Shown in pieces: positions 32,497 to 40,898 of a stretch of DNA of 64,000 bases (positions are counted from its first letter, which is position 1; every line of letters starts with the position of its first letter). The notes below the pieces were generated by a model. That model was not told the origin of the DNA and ran no database searches. It saw nothing but the letters and a program-made list of their open reading frames with translations. The stretch covers positions 3,704-67,703 of the forward strand of contig DATHOD010000174.1 of assembly GCA_035485295.1 (NCBI GenBank). Reading direction: 5' to 3'. Both the position numbers and the translations under genes were made by a program. This DNA comes from Bacteroidia bacterium (GTDB lineage: Bacteria; Bacteroidota; Bacteroidia; JABEUT01).

Positions 32497-32931
32497 ATGC
32501 CAAAGCTTATATATCCTAAGAACTATAAATCAAGTTCATATTATTACAACCCTAAAATTGAGGTAAGGAAATCTAAAATTCATGGGATGGGTGTTTTTGC
32601 TAAAAAGCCTATTAAAAAAAATGAAGTATTGGAAGAGGATCACTATATTATTTTAAAAGGGAACTTCAATAAATTACCCAAGCTTTTGCAAGAATATGTT
32701 TTTGCCTGGACAAAGGAGTTACCGGAGTATAAATCAAAAGCCGCCGTATTACTTGGAACAGGGCCCATTTATAACTCTTCACCTAAGCCAAATGCTGACT
32801 GGCTAACGAGTGTAAAGAGGAATCGATTCATATTCCACGCCACAAAAAACATTAAGGCTGGCGAAGAGATAATGATAGACTACGGCCCTGAATATTGGGA
32901 AAGTAGAAACAAGGACTATAATAAAGGTTAG
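32497..32931 (+). CDS. SET-domain protein (putative protein-lysine methyltransferase)
   Basis: 144 aa with SET C-terminal signature NSSPKPN…RFIFHATKNIKAGEEIMIDYG (NHSxxPN and EELxxDY-like). Confidence 0.65.
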   Translation: MPKLIYPKNYKSSSYYYNPKIEVRKSKIHGMGVFAKKPIKKNEVLEEDHYIILKGNFNKLPKLLQEYVFAWTKELPEYKSKAAVLLGTGPIYNSSPKPNADWLTSVKRNRFIFHATKNIKAGEEIMIDYGPEYWESRNKDYNKG

Positions 32932-32966
32932 TTTGATAAATTAATAGTAGTGAAAAACTTCCTAAA

Positions 32967-32995
32967 CCCCTTGCTTAGTAAGGGGTTTATTGTTT
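32967..32995 (+). terminator. terminator hairpin; second copy of the repeated terminator element
   Basis: CCCCTTGC, loop TTA, GTAAGGGG, then TTTATTGTTT. Flank GTGAAAAACTTCCTAAA parallels GTGAAAACCCTAATAAAA at 9734. Confidence 0.6.
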
Positions 32996-33110
32996 ATGGC
33001 CTCAACAATTATAATATATCACCAAAACCTTAGAATTTCCTTCCCTGAGTGTTATGCGTTCATTACCATTCAAGAATATTCTTCAATTCTGGTAAAATAA
33101 GCGTAACTTG

Positions 33111-33175
33111 TGTGAATAGTGTAAGTTAATTCCATCGCAGTATAACACTTCCTTGTTATAAGCTTATCACTTTTG
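33111..33175 (+). promoter_or_regulatory. bipartite module for the small gene at 33213
   Basis: TGTGTGAATAGTGTAAGT (distal TGTAAGT 33120-33126), TATAACA 33141-33147 (21 bp apart), N22, CTTTTG 33170-33175. Confidence 0.55.
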
Positions 33176-33212
33176 TGGTTGTAAAATCTATACAACTATC
33201 AAGTTTGGAGTC

Positions 33213-33458
33213 ATGAAAAAACAGGAATTAAACCAATTTATAAGCGACATAGTAATTTGCTTCTATTCAAAAAGCATAAAGATTAGCCTGGCCTCATTAA
33301 ATTCAATCCTAAAAGACAAGGATGCTGACTTTAGTAGTAAAAAGAAACTAGGAAGGCATGTGGCCGAGGCCTATAAGTATTGGGAGAAGAAAGACCCTGT
33401 AGTACACCATGCAATAGCTTATGTGTTTTCAGATAAGCATGGAAAGTATGTCTATTAA
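33213..33458 (+). CDS. hypothetical 81-aa protein (module-associated)
   Basis: ORF with the module upstream; no recognisable domain. Confidence 0.4.
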   Translation: MKKQELNQFISDIVICFYSKSIKISLASLNSILKDKDADFSSKKKLGRHVAEAYKYWEKKDPVVHHAIAYVFSDKHGKYVY

Positions 33459-33478
33459 ATGAAAGGAAGTGTGAATTA

Positions 33479-33534
33479 TGTAACTATTCCCCAAAATGAT
33501 GTAATAGTTAACAAAACAGAATAAAGGAATTTTG
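33479..33534 (+). promoter_or_regulatory. bipartite module in front of the AraC-family regulator gene
   Basis: TGTAACT 33479-33485, TGTAATA 33500-33506 (21 bp apart), N23, TTTTG 33530-33534. Confidence 0.55.
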
Positions 33535-33579
33535 ATTAGTACGAGTAAATAAAATAATTTGAAGTTACACATTAAGTAT

Positions 33580-34140
33580 ATGGTAAGTAACCGCTGCAAG
33601 ATGGCGGTGAAAGAAGAATTAAATAAACTTGGCCTCCATTATGTAATTGTAGATTTAGGTGAAGTTGAAGTAATGGAAGACCTTTCTGTGTTGGAACTGG
33701 AACAGTTGAGAGCTGGTCTACAGGTATCGGGGCTTGAATTAATGGATGATAAGAAAGGTGTGATGATTGAAAAAATTAAAAACACCATTATTGAAATGAT
33801 ACATCATGCAGATGAGGCTATGAAAGTCAATTTATCGGACTACCTGAGCGAGAAACTGAAACACGACTATACTTACCTGGCAAACTTGTTTTCTGAAGTG
33901 CAAGGGATTACTATAGCCCAGTTTGTTGCTGCTCATAAAATAGAGAGGATTAAAGAACTGATAATGTATGATGAATTAAATATTACTGAAATTGCCTGGA
34001 AGATGAATTACAGCAGTGTAGCCCATTTATCTAATCAATTTAAGAAAGCAACCGGCTTTACTCCATCACAGTTTAAGCAATTGAAGGATAAGAAGAGAAT
34101 GCCAATTGAAGAAATTGGAAATTTAAACGGTACGAAATAA
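33580..34140 (+). CDS. AraC/XylS-family transcriptional regulator (short N-terminal domain plus C-terminal HTH_18)
   Basis: C-terminal two-HTH AraC signature …LANLFSEVQGITIAQFVAAHKIERIKELIM…ITEIAWKMNYSSVAHLSNQFKKATGFTPSQFKQ. The track ORF starts at a TTG (33559); ATG at 33580 or 33601 is more likely. Confidence 0.8.
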   Translation: MVSNRCKMAVKEELNKLGLHYVIVDLGEVEVMEDLSVLELEQLRAGLQVSGLELMDDKKGVMIEKIKNTIIEMIHHADEAMKVNLSDYLSEKLKHDYTYLANLFSEVQGITIAQFVAAHKIERIKELIMYDELNITEIAWKMNYSSVAHLSNQFKKATGFTPSQFKQLKDKKRMPIEEIGNLNGTK

Positions 34141-34159
34141 CCCCAATTTCGAAACTAGA

Positions 34160-36379
34160 ATGGTTAAAACAAATAAAACAGATAAAGAAGCATTACTCGA
34201 TGCCCAAAAGGAACTTGTCTCGCAAAAGCAAGAGAAAGACAAGTTGCTTGCAGAGTTAGATAGTGCGAACAAAAAATTAGCCTTTCAGGATCAGGAGAAA
34301 GGAAAACGTGCGGCGGAGTTAGGTATTGCCAACAAGGAACTGGCCTTTCAAGACGGGGAGAAGGAGAAAAGGGCAGATGAATTAAGCATTGCTCATTCTA
34401 CAATATTAGCATCTCAATATGCCAGAAGTTTAATAGAAGCAAGTCTTGATCCGCTATTTACTATTAGCCCCGGAGGTAAGATTACTGATATGAATAATGC
34501 TTCAATAAACATTATAGAGTTATCGCGCGAGAAATTAATTGGCACAGACTTTTTTAAATATTTCACCGAACCCGATAAGGCTCGGAAAGGTTACCAGGAA
34601 GTCTTTGCAAAAGGTTTCGTGGCTGATTACCCTCTAACCATGATAGATGGGAAATTTACAGATGTATTGTTTAATGGCTCTGTTTATAAAGACGAAAATG
34701 GTCATGTGGTAGGTGCCGTTGTAGTGGCAAGGGATATTACTGACCAAAAAAGAATTGCTACAGAACTTACAGTAGCGAAAGTTGCTGCCGAATTGGCAAC
34801 TGCAATTGCTGAAGAAGCAAAGGGTAAAGCTGAAAATGCTACCCGTATTGCTGAAGATGCTGTGAAATCGAAACAGCAGTTCTTGTCGAATATGAGTCAC
34901 GAGATACGAACACCTATGAATGCCATTATAGGGTTTACTAAGGTGGTATTAAAGACAGAACTTACTGCAAAACAAAAGGAATATTTAATGGCTATTAAAA
35001 TGAGTGGTGATGCTCTTATTGTGCTCATAAATGATATTCTTGATCTTGCAAAGGTTGATGCGGGTAAAATGACATTTGAACAAACACCCTTTAAAATGGC
35101 ATTATCTATTTCTGCCATGCTGCATTTGTTTGAAACCAAAATTCAGGAGAAGAACCTAATTTTAGTTAAAGAATACGATAGCAAGATACCCGAAGTGCTT
35201 GTGGGTGACCCTGTACGCTTACACCAGATAATTTTAAACCTTGTTAGCAATGCAGTGAAGTTTACAACCAAAGGAAAGATAACAGTAAGTGTGAAATTGC
35301 TTAACGAAGATGAAGACAAAGTCACTATAAAGTTTGCTGTAACAGATACAGGCATAGGAATACCTACAAATAAAATAGGTAAGATCTTCGAGAACTTTCA
35401 GCAGGCATCGAGTGGCACATCAAGGTTATACGGCGGTACCGGTTTAGGCCTTGCAATAGTAAAGCAGTTAGTAGAACCGCAAGGTGGAACTATAAAAGTA
35501 GAAAGCAAGATAAATGAAGGTTCTACCTTTAGTTTTATACTCGATTTTCAGAAAACAAAAGAAAAGGCAGAAGCCGAGACTGATATTTTAGAAGTTGACC
35601 CGGAAATTAGAAACATTAAGGTATTAGTGGTTGAAGATATAGCACTTAATCAATTACTAATGAAAACACTGTTAGATGATTTTGGTTTTGAACGTGATAT
35701 TGCAGGAAATGGAAAAGTAGCAATAGAGAAACTAAAGGCAAAGACATATGATATTATACTTATGGATTTGCAAATGCCTGAAATGAATGGATTTGAGACC
35801 ACAGAATACATTCGCAATACCTTGAATTCTAAAATACCAATTATTGCATTAACCGCCGATGTAACAACCGTTGACCTGGCTAAATGCAAGGTAGTAGGCA
35901 TGAATGACTATATAGCAAAACCGGTTGATGAAAGGTTGTTATACAGTAAAATAGTAGGCCTGGTTAAGAAGCCGCCACATATAAAGGCTACCGAAGTAGT
36001 AGATGACCATAAGAAAGTAAAATGTATTGACCTGGCCTACCTGATACATCGTACAAAGTCTAACCCTAAGTTAATGATGGAAATGATATCACTTTACCTG
36101 GAACAGACTCCTCCTTTAATTTTAGCCATGAAACAAAGTTTACGTGATAAAGACTGGCATGCTCTGTATTCCGCAGCGCATAAAATGATCCCTTCGTTCC
36201 TAATTATGGGTATAAGCTCAGATTTTGAGAATATGGCAAAGAAAGTACAGGAATATGCCAGTACACAAAAGCAAACGGACGGAATACCTGACCTGGTAAT
36301 GCAACTTGAAAATGTATGTGAACAGGCATGTAAAGAATTACAAATAGAGTTTAATACAATTAAAAGCACAACTGTATGA
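34160..36379 (+). CDS. hybrid sensor histidine kinase / response regulator with C-terminal Hpt domain
   Basis: N-terminal triple coiled-coil repeat (ELxxANKxLAFQDxEKxKRAxEL, three times). PAS; HisKA H-box MSHEIRTPMNAIIGF; HATPase (GGTGLGLAIV). REC (VLVVEDIALNQ…ILMDLQMPEMNG). Hpt (YSAAHKMIPSF). Confidence 0.9.
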   Translation: MVKTNKTDKEALLDAQKELVSQKQEKDKLLAELDSANKKLAFQDQEKGKRAAELGIANKELAFQDGEKEKRADELSIAHSTILASQYARSLIEASLDPLFTISPGGKITDMNNASINIIELSREKLIGTDFFKYFTEPDKARKGYQEVFAKGFVADYPLTMIDGKFTDVLFNGSVYKDENGHVVGAVVVARDITDQKRIATELTVAKVAAELATAIAEEAKGKAENATRIAEDAVKSKQQFLSNMSHEIRTPMNAIIGFTKVVLKTELTAKQKEYLMAIKMSGDALIVLINDILDLAKVDAGKMTFEQTPFKMALSISAMLHLFETKIQEKNLILVKEYDSKIPEVLVGDPVRLHQIILNLVSNAVKFTTKGKITVSVKLLNEDEDKVTIKFAVTDTGIGIPTNKIGKIFENFQQASSGTSRLYGGTGLGLAIVKQLVEPQGGTIKVESKINEGSTFSFILDFQKTKEKAEAETDILEVDPEIRNIKVLVVEDIALNQLLMKTLLDDFGFERDIAGNGKVAIEKLKAKTYDIILMDLQMPEMNGFETTEYIRNTLNSKIPIIALTADVTTVDLAKCKVVGMNDYIAKPVDERLLYSKIVGLVKKPPHIKATEVVDDHKKVKCIDLAYLIHRTKSNPKLMMEMISLYLEQTPPLILAMKQSLRDKDWHALYSAAHKMIPSFLIMGISSDFENMAKKVQEYASTQKQTDGIPDLVMQLENVCEQACKELQIEFNTIKSTTV

Positions 36380-36804
36380 AGAATAAAATAAAACTCTTCC
36401 TTGTAGACGATGACGCAGTATTTTTAAAATCATTGGAGATTGAATTCATGGAACATGCAGACTTTGTAATTGAAACCTACGCTACCGGGGAATTATGCAT
36501 GGAAAATCTATCACACAACCCTGACGTAATTATATTAGATTACCATCTTGATGGTATTGATAAGAATGCAATGAATGGCCTGGCAACATTAGACAAAATA
36601 AAGGCATATAACCAGGATATACCAGTTGTTATGCTATCCTCACAAGATAAAATTGACGTTGCCGTAAACTGTATGCACCATAGAGCATTTGATTATGTGG
36701 TGAAGAGTGAAACTGCATTTATGCGCCTTCAAAAGATCATTACAACTATTTTTAGCTACCAGAAGATGCAAAAGACCTTGAACTGGTATATGGAGCGGAT
36801 GTAA
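36376..36804 (+). CDS. single-domain response regulator (CheY-like receiver)
   Basis: LFLVDDDAVFLKSL…VIILDYHLDG…MLSS: acidic pocket, phospho-Asp and T/S positions present. The ATGA overlaps the HK stop. Confidence 0.85.
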   Translation: MKNKIKLFLVDDDAVFLKSLEIEFMEHADFVIETYATGELCMENLSHNPDVIILDYHLDGIDKNAMNGLATLDKIKAYNQDIPVVMLSSQDKIDVAVNCMHHRAFDYVVKSETAFMRLQKIITTIFSYQKMQKTLNWYMERM

Positions 36805-36824
36805 TTCCCTTTATTACTCATGGC

Positions 36825-37214
36825 ATGAGGCTTACACTATTTCTATTACTTTCCTGTACTTCAACCATTGGATATTCCCAATCAAATGGTCTTATTGGTA
36901 AGTGGAAGTTACGGCGTATTGACGCAGATAACAGAACCCTTAGGCCAGTTCCGGAAGTAAAAGAATACTTTCTTACAATATCCCAAACCAGCATTGCTTA
37001 TAATTTAGATGTGAATGATTGCTGGGGAAGTATAGTATCAATTAATGATTCAGTTCTAGTATTAAGTAATGCAGGCTGCGCACAGGTTTGTTGCGACGGC
37101 CGTGTAGATGCTATAGCCCTTTACATAAACTACAGTGGCAGATATACCATTGTGCATGATAGTCTGCTAATTATAAGTAATGATAAAGGGAAGTTCTATT
37201 TAAAGAGAGAGTAG
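36825..37214 (+). CDS. lipocalin-like secreted protein
   Basis: Signal peptide then GLIGKWKLRRID, the GKWKL start typical of Bacteroidota lipocalin-like domains. Confidence 0.4.
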   Translation: MRLTLFLLLSCTSTIGYSQSNGLIGKWKLRRIDADNRTLRPVPEVKEYFLTISQTSIAYNLDVNDCWGSIVSINDSVLVLSNAGCAQVCCDGRVDAIALYINYSGRYTIVHDSLLIISNDKGKFYLKRE

Positions 37215-37261
37215 GGTAGTGCACCCTATAAGTAACCCGGGAAAGTTTATTGCAAAAAAAA

Positions 37262-37289
37262 GGGGCAGGTTTTAATCCAGCCCTGCCCC
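37262..37289. terminator. bidirectional terminator hairpin
   Basis: GGGGCAGG, 12-nt loop, CCTGCCCC, flanked by an A8 tract (T8 on the minus strand). Confidence 0.55.
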
Positions 37290-37309
37290 TTACACATAAA
37301 GGTTATAAA

Positions 37310-38152
37310 TTACTTTATAACCACCACGAGGTATTTACTTTTACTCCAGAAAGCATCGGCATTGGTAATATCCAATGAGGCACTAACTGTATTTGTTACG
37401 GTATATGAATCGGTGGGATGTTCTGTAATTACTTTTACAAATCCTGCATCTAATGCTACATGTTGCAATACGGTCTTATCTGCCTTAATGAAAGCTGATG
37501 CACTTATATTATTGTTAAGTACAGCTTCACGGCCTATGCCAATAAAGCCACCTTCTTTAGTTATAATGCCTTCATGTTTTAATGTTTTCATTGTTCCAAT
37601 AGCGTAATAAACGGTATTCATATCTGCCTGCATCATACCAATCTTTTCACGCTCTCTAACAGCTACATTAATACTGTCGTTAAGTTGAGCAAGAGTAATT
37701 TGTAAGGTGTTGTTGGTTTCAACAAGTGTTTCCTGAAGGCCAACTATCTCAGTATCCTTATAGTTCAATTCTACACCCAAGCGTTGTACCATGTCTTCCA
37801 ATGAGGCATTCTTTTTATCGCTTTTCTTTAACCTCACTTCCAATGCAGCTAATGCTTTATTATCGGCAATAATCATCCTGCCTAGTAATTTTACATCTTC
37901 TACTATGGTGCCTGTACTTGCTTTGGCCTCGCTGTTTACTTTCAAAATATGAGCCACAGTTTTAACACTGTCAAGGTTAGCCTGTATCCGGTCAATTGAA
38001 TTAACAAAATCGGTTAGGGCTGAATCTTTCTGCTGAACGACTACCATAAGGGAGTCCTGGGTTTTCTGGTTTTGTGTTTGCAACTCCTGCCCCTGGTGGC
38101 CGCAAGCCGAGAGAAAGAATATTGCAATAGGAATTAGAATTGTACTTTTCAT
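37310..38152 (-). CDS. coiled-coil lipoprotein, function unknown
   Basis: Lipobox FFLSAC; long Q/L/E-rich coiled coils. Confidence 0.5.
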   Translation of the reverse strand: MKSTILIPIAIFFLSACGHQGQELQTQNQKTQDSLMVVVQQKDSALTDFVNSIDRIQANLDSVKTVAHILKVNSEAKASTGTIVEDVKLLGRMIIADNKALAALEVRLKKSDKKNASLEDMVQRLGVELNYKDTEIVGLQETLVETNNTLQITLAQLNDSINVAVREREKIGMMQADMNTVYYAIGTMKTLKHEGIITKEGGFIGIGREAVLNNNISASAFIKADKTVLQHVALDAGFVKVITEHPTDSYTVTNTVSASLDITNADAFWSKSKYLVVVIK

Positions 38153-38250
38153 GATGTGTTTTAGTTTGTTTTAAATTAATTATTAGGACAGAAGAACATT
38201 GATAAGAGGTCGGACGAAGTGATAATACATACTATATATAATGAGCATGA

Positions 38251-38520
38251 TCAAATCGTTGTTTCGTTATTCGAAGAACTTTGCTTCATATCTTCACGTT
38301 TAGCTTCACTAGCCATGTTAAGATATTCCTTGGCCAGCATTGCGCTTTCAGCTGCCTTTTCATAACTTCCTTGCTTAAGATAATTAGCGGCCTTGAAATG
38401 ATGAGTGGCGGCAGCCAGCAAATGCGAAGCTGTTGTTTTATGGGTTTCAATTATGGCCTGACTGTCTATATAAGGCAGGTGGTTGGTGTTATCTTCTATT
38501 AGTGCCATAGGATTCTTCAT
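38251..38520 (-). CDS. hypothetical 89-aa protein (module-associated). Start moved to the second ATG
   Basis: MKNPMALIEDNTN…; a module sits immediately upstream, which would place the promoter inside the longer track ORF. Confidence 0.45.
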   Translation of the reverse strand: MKNPMALIEDNTNHLPYIDSQAIIETHKTTASHLLAAATHHFKAANYLKQGSYEKAAESAMLAKEYLNMASEAKREDMKQSSSNNETTI

Positions 38521-38541
38521 TTTAGTTGTGTTTATCGGATG

Positions 38542-38597
38542 CAAAGATGCCTCCATAAAACCTGGCGGGCATTACATCTATCTATCAAAAGGTTACA
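38542..38597 (-). promoter_or_regulatory. bipartite module for the 38251 gene (minus strand)
   Basis: On the plus strand: CAAAG 38542-38546, CATTACA 38570-38576, GGTTACA 38591-38597; 21 and 23 nt spacings. Confidence 0.55.
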
Positions 38598-38650
38598 TCT
38601 TTCCTATTTGGGCAGAAGAATATAATCGTAAGCGCAAATCAAGATAAATG

Positions 38651-38706
38651 TGTAAGGTTATTCTGTGTATGTGTAACACTCTAAAGTGTTGTATGCACAA
38701 TCTTTG
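38651..38706 (+). promoter_or_regulatory. bipartite module for the SHOCT/Usp operon
   Basis: TGTAAGG 38651-38657, TGTAACA 38672-38678, N23, CTTTG 38702-38706. The spacer carries the palindrome AACACTCTAAAGTGTT. Confidence 0.55.
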
Positions 38707-38739
38707 TCTGGTAATTGATAAACCTTAAAGCAAAATATT

Positions 38740-38988
38740 ATGATTGACGGTAGCTATTTTTTGGGCATGCATATGGTTTGGTGGTTTGTATGGGCTGCAA
38801 TTATGTTTTGGATTTTTGCCACTCCATATAATATTCCTGGGCAACGGAAGAGAAAAGACCAAGACACTTCACTTGATATTTTGCAGAAGCGATTTGCATC
38901 AGGGCAGTTTTCAGCCGAAGAATACAAACGAAGGAAAGATACACTTAAAGAACATTTCATACTGGTAAACCAGATTACATATAAATAG
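38740..38988 (+). CDS. SHOCT-domain membrane protein
   Basis: N-terminal TM helix (W-rich); C-terminal LQKRFASGQFSAEEYKRRKDTL matches the SHOCT short C-terminal domain. Confidence 0.6.
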   Translation: MIDGSYFLGMHMVWWFVWAAIMFWIFATPYNIPGQRKRKDQDTSLDILQKRFASGQFSAEEYKRRKDTLKEHFILVNQITYK

Positions 38989-39076
38989 CACATGAGGCAA
39001 TAAGGCAGTTGGGAATGCTTTAGAACAGTTTTCAATTGCCGCTTCATTATACACTAACCTTTAAATCTTATTTAAA

Positions 39077-40024
39077 ATGAATAAAACAGAAATAAAACGG
39101 ATACTTATTCCGACCGATTTTTCCGATACGTCACTTAAAGCTATTGATCATGCCATATTTCTGGCAAAGCTTAAAAATGCAGAAGTAACATTATTGCATG
39201 TAATGGATGAAACTTCAAGGCAAGAAAACATAGCCGCAACCCCATTGAATTATGCTGAATATGTTGGAGCAGTTGAAATGCTGGCTCAAAGATATTCTGC
39301 CTTGGAAGAAAAGTGGGAAGAACATATCAATACATTAATGGCCCACCTGGTAAATAAGATACGTCATGAAGGAGTAGAGGAAGTAAATTCTATAATTGAA
39401 ACAGGTGATGTATATGTTGTAATTTGTGAGCAGGCAAAAAAATTAAACGCTGATATAATTGTTATGGGTACGCATGGCGTTAAAGGCTTCAGGGAATTTA
39501 CAGTTGGAAGTAACACTTATAGCGTAGTAAAACATGCTGAGTGCCCTGTTCTTAGTATTCAGAAGAAAGTTCCAATTGTCGCTTTTGCTAACATTCTTGT
39601 CCCTTTTAGCGATAAACCCCATTCAAGGGAAAGTGTAGACTATGCTGTAAGTATAGCTAAGGACTATGGAGCAACTATTCATTTATTGGGAATAGACACT
39701 GAGAAAACCGAAATGCACTTTGATAAAATAAAGAAAGAGGCAAACCAGATTATGGAGATAGCTGAGAAAGATGGTATAAAATGTACAAAAACGGTTATGC
39801 CTGCCTCGGATATAACAGAATTGATAATGAAGGAAGCTAAAATGAGTAATGCTGATTTAATAGTACTTGTATCAGATATGGATAAGATGAAAATGAGTGA
39901 ATATTTCACGGGGCCAGTTATACAGCAAATAGTGAATCACTCACCTATTCCGGTTATTAGTATAAAGCCACAGCCTAAGCACTATAGCCCTGTTGCTAAT
40001 TATCCTGAGCGGGTTACCTTCTAA
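39077..40024 (+). CDS. universal stress protein (tandem UspA domains)
   Basis: ILIPTDFSDTSLKAIDHAIFLAKL…LLHV…IVMGTHG and a second Usp repeat; 315 aa. Confidence 0.85.
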   Translation: MNKTEIKRILIPTDFSDTSLKAIDHAIFLAKLKNAEVTLLHVMDETSRQENIAATPLNYAEYVGAVEMLAQRYSALEEKWEEHINTLMAHLVNKIRHEGVEEVNSIIETGDVYVVICEQAKKLNADIIVMGTHGVKGFREFTVGSNTYSVVKHAECPVLSIQKKVPIVAFANILVPFSDKPHSRESVDYAVSIAKDYGATIHLLGIDTEKTEMHFDKIKKEANQIMEIAEKDGIKCTKTVMPASDITELIMKEAKMSNADLIVLVSDMDKMKMSEYFTGPVIQQIVNHSPIPVISIKPQPKHYSPVANYPERVTF

Positions 40025-40051
40025 ATAGATCTAAGCTTGGGATGTGTTATA

Positions 40052-40107
40052 TGTAAAACACTACTATGCAAATGTAACACTTCACCAACTGAAGTGCATC
40101 ACTTTTG
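40052..40107 (+). promoter_or_regulatory. bipartite module for the 40148 gene
   Basis: TGTAAAA 40052-40058, TGTAACA 40073-40079, N22, CTTTTG 40102-40107, then GTGGAAATTCATTCAC 40115-40130. Confidence 0.55.
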
Positions 40108-40147
40108 TTCCGTTGTGGAAATTCATTCACAGCTTAAAACAATAAAT

Positions 40148-40603
40148 ATGAAAAAGAGTAGATTGATAATTGGTGGCTTGCTGCTGATTCTTGCAGGAGT
40201 ATTACATGCACAAGTTGGCGTAAATATAGTAGTTGGAACTCCGCCAGCATGGGGCCCGGCTGAATCATCGGGAGTAAGGTTTTATTACCTGCCTGAAATT
40301 GAAGCATATTATGATGTAAACACATCAAATTATATCTATATGTCTGGAGGAAGATGGATACATGCTTCAAACTTACCACCTGCATATAGAAATTATGATT
40401 TATACGGAGGGTATAAGGTTATGCTTAACGGTTATCATGGCGAAAGGCCTTATGATAATTTCAGGGAACATCAAAGAAGCTACCCAAGAGGATACAATAA
40501 AGGGCATGGACAAAAGACATACGGAGAAAGACCAGGCAATAGAGGCGAACATGGAGAAGGTAATCATGGGCATGATGATAAAGACCATGGTGATCATAAA
40601 TAA
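40148..40603 (+). CDS. secreted Gly/His-rich small protein
   Basis: Signal peptide MKKSRLIIGGLLLILAGVLHAQ. C-terminal GHGQKTYGERPGNRGEHGEGNHGHDDKDHGDHK. The track start at 40037 would swallow the promoter module. Confidence 0.5.
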   Translation: MKKSRLIIGGLLLILAGVLHAQVGVNIVVGTPPAWGPAESSGVRFYYLPEIEAYYDVNTSNYIYMSGGRWIHASNLPPAYRNYDLYGGYKVMLNGYHGERPYDNFREHQRSYPRGYNKGHGQKTYGERPGNRGEHGEGNHGHDDKDHGDHK

Positions 40604-40638
40604 TAGTATTTCAACAACAAGTAATTACTAATAATAAA

Positions 40639-40676
40639 GGGGCCTTGGTTTTGAATAAGAACCTTGGCCTCTTTTT
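40639..40676 (+). terminator. intrinsic terminator
   Basis: GGGGCC-tt-GGTT, loop, AACC-tt-GGCCTC, then TTTTT. Confidence 0.5.
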
Positions 40677-40717
40677 AATTAATGCCCGAATAGAAACAGT
40701 AATATAATTAAATTAAA

Positions 40718-40888
40718 ATGGAAAACGAGAATATGCCAAATACAACCAAAGAAGGAATTGATTCGAAAATAGAATTGATTAAAGACCAAACCAATTATAC
40801 TGAAGAAGCCTCTAAGAGCAACAGAAGGTTGGTTATTATAGCAATATTAATATCTATACTCAGCTTAATAGTAGCCGTCTTTAAATAG
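40718..40888 (+). CDS. possible 56-aa tail-anchored membrane peptide (not in ORF track)
   Basis: MENENMPNTTKEG…RRLVIIAILISILSLIVAVFK; hydrophilic head plus one C-terminal TM helix. Called from coding potential only. Confidence 0.25.
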   Translation: MENENMPNTTKEGIDSKIELIKDQTNYTEEASKSNRRLVIIAILISILSLIVAVFK

Positions 40889-40898
40889 TCCTTAGCTA

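Noticed and set aside
37310-38152. Tested whether the coiled-coil lipoprotein promoter (38153-38250) carries the module
   Set aside because: Only a TGTATTA with no CTTTG box at the expected distance; not counted as a member.
40037-40147. N-terminal extension of the 40148 gene (MGCVICKTLLCKCNTSPTEVHHFCSVVEIHSQLKTIN)
   Set aside because: The extension covers the promoter module and the GTGGAAATTCATTCAC element. The downstream ATG gives a perfect MKK signal peptide. The same reasoning applies to 43864-44010 and 38521-38556.
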